From Chlorokybus atmophyticus (taxonomy: Eukaryota; Plantae; Mesostigma and Chlorokybus algae), in the NCBI GenBank assembly GCA_009103225.1, contig RHPI01003422.1, positions 63,691 to 127,690 on the forward strand: DNA of 64,000 nt. Direction: 5' to 3'. Below are positions 63,445 to 64,000 of the stretch, one piece after another. The notes beneath the pieces are model-generated. The model had not been told where the DNA came from. It saw only the letters and a list, made by a program, of their open reading frames with translations, and did no database searches. A program made the translations under genes and the position numbers. How positions within the stretch are numbered: the stretch's first letter is position 1; each line of letters opens with the position of its first letter.

Positions 63445-64000
63445 TCGTCGAAAAATTTTTTCCCTGCCGGCCGACTAAATATTGGCGACGCCCGTTCACC
63501 TGAGGATACTTATTTAGACTGTCGTGGCTCAGTCCACCTAAAATCTCGTTACACGTGCCGAAGTATAACGGCAGTCCCCAGCCGTTACACAAAGGGACTG
63601 ACTTGGACTAACAGGTACCTGTCAGTTACATACCCGTTAGGCAAAAGGGACTTAACCTAACTAACCGATACATGTTAGTTAGGTACAGTTTGTGTCGTCG
63701 CAATATGTTTTCCCTGCCGGCCGACTAAATATTGGCAACGGCCGTGCACCTGAGGACGCTAAGTTAGACTGTCGTGGCTCAGGCCACCTGTAATCTTGAT
63801 ACAGGGACCTAATAGTAACTTTCGTTACTGTAAGGCCCTTTTTGTTACTATTTAGTCTTTAACAGTTGACTTTGCCTAACTAACAGGCGCCTGTCAGTTA
63901 CCTTACAGTTTGTGTCGTCGCAATATGTTTTCCCTGCCGGCCGACTAAATATTGGCAACGGCCGTGCACCTGAGGATGCTAATTTAGACTGTCGTGGCTC
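63445..64000. repeat. Tandem repeat array, units of about 250 and 220 bp, running off the window end
   Basis: The conserved block TTTTCCCTGCCGGCCGACTAAATATTGGC...CACCTGAGGA...TTAGACTGTCGTGGCTC recurs with CCCTGCCGG at 63462, 63712 and 63932. Confidence 0.9.

Noticed and set aside
1-64000. Numerous 60-290 aa ORFs rich in C/V/H/T/A/M/R in the ORF track
   Set aside because: They are translations of intronic (CA/TG/CG) alternating repeats or antisense frames of real exons, with no protein motifs.
63445-64000. CRISPR array
   Set aside because: Eukaryotic context, ~80-bp conserved blocks, related spacers of 140-170 bp, and no cas genes.

Overview
Eukaryotic nuclear DNA with short spliceosomal introns. 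The gene set (plant SYP13-type syntaxin, TIM13, GGP-like amidotransferase, plant-type TOG/ARM protein, monofunctional HSD, telobox promoter) and the transposons suggest a green alga, probably an early streptophyte/charophyte (inference). I reconstructed 12 intron-containing genes by hand: RPS7, SYP13-like syntaxin, PIG-U, TIM13, an orphan type II membrane protein, homoserine dehydrogenase, a TOG/ARM protein, a DNAJB12-type DnaJ, a small acidic orphan, a bacterial-type AMP nucleosidase, a GGP-like class I glutamine amidotransferase and a YqgF nuclease. Most of them sit in head-to-head pairs. The right third is transposon-rich: two copies of a ~530-bp TRIM-like mini LTR element, a decayed Gypsy pol with a C-terminal PHD finger and an adjacent C5 DNA methyltransferase, a pogo-type transposase remnant, palindromic repeat clusters and a 220-250 bp tandem array. 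The top signals are (1) an intron-containing, probably plastid-targeted prokaryotic AMP nucleosidase, (2) a TRIM whose 5' LTR/PBS junction forms a tRNA-type Pol III promoter, (3) at least 7 frame-supported GC-AG introns among roughly 60, and (4) the DNMT+PHD Gypsy. Exon boundaries are manual and no database searches were run. Most ORFs in the supplied track are artefacts of intronic (CA/TG)-rich repeats.
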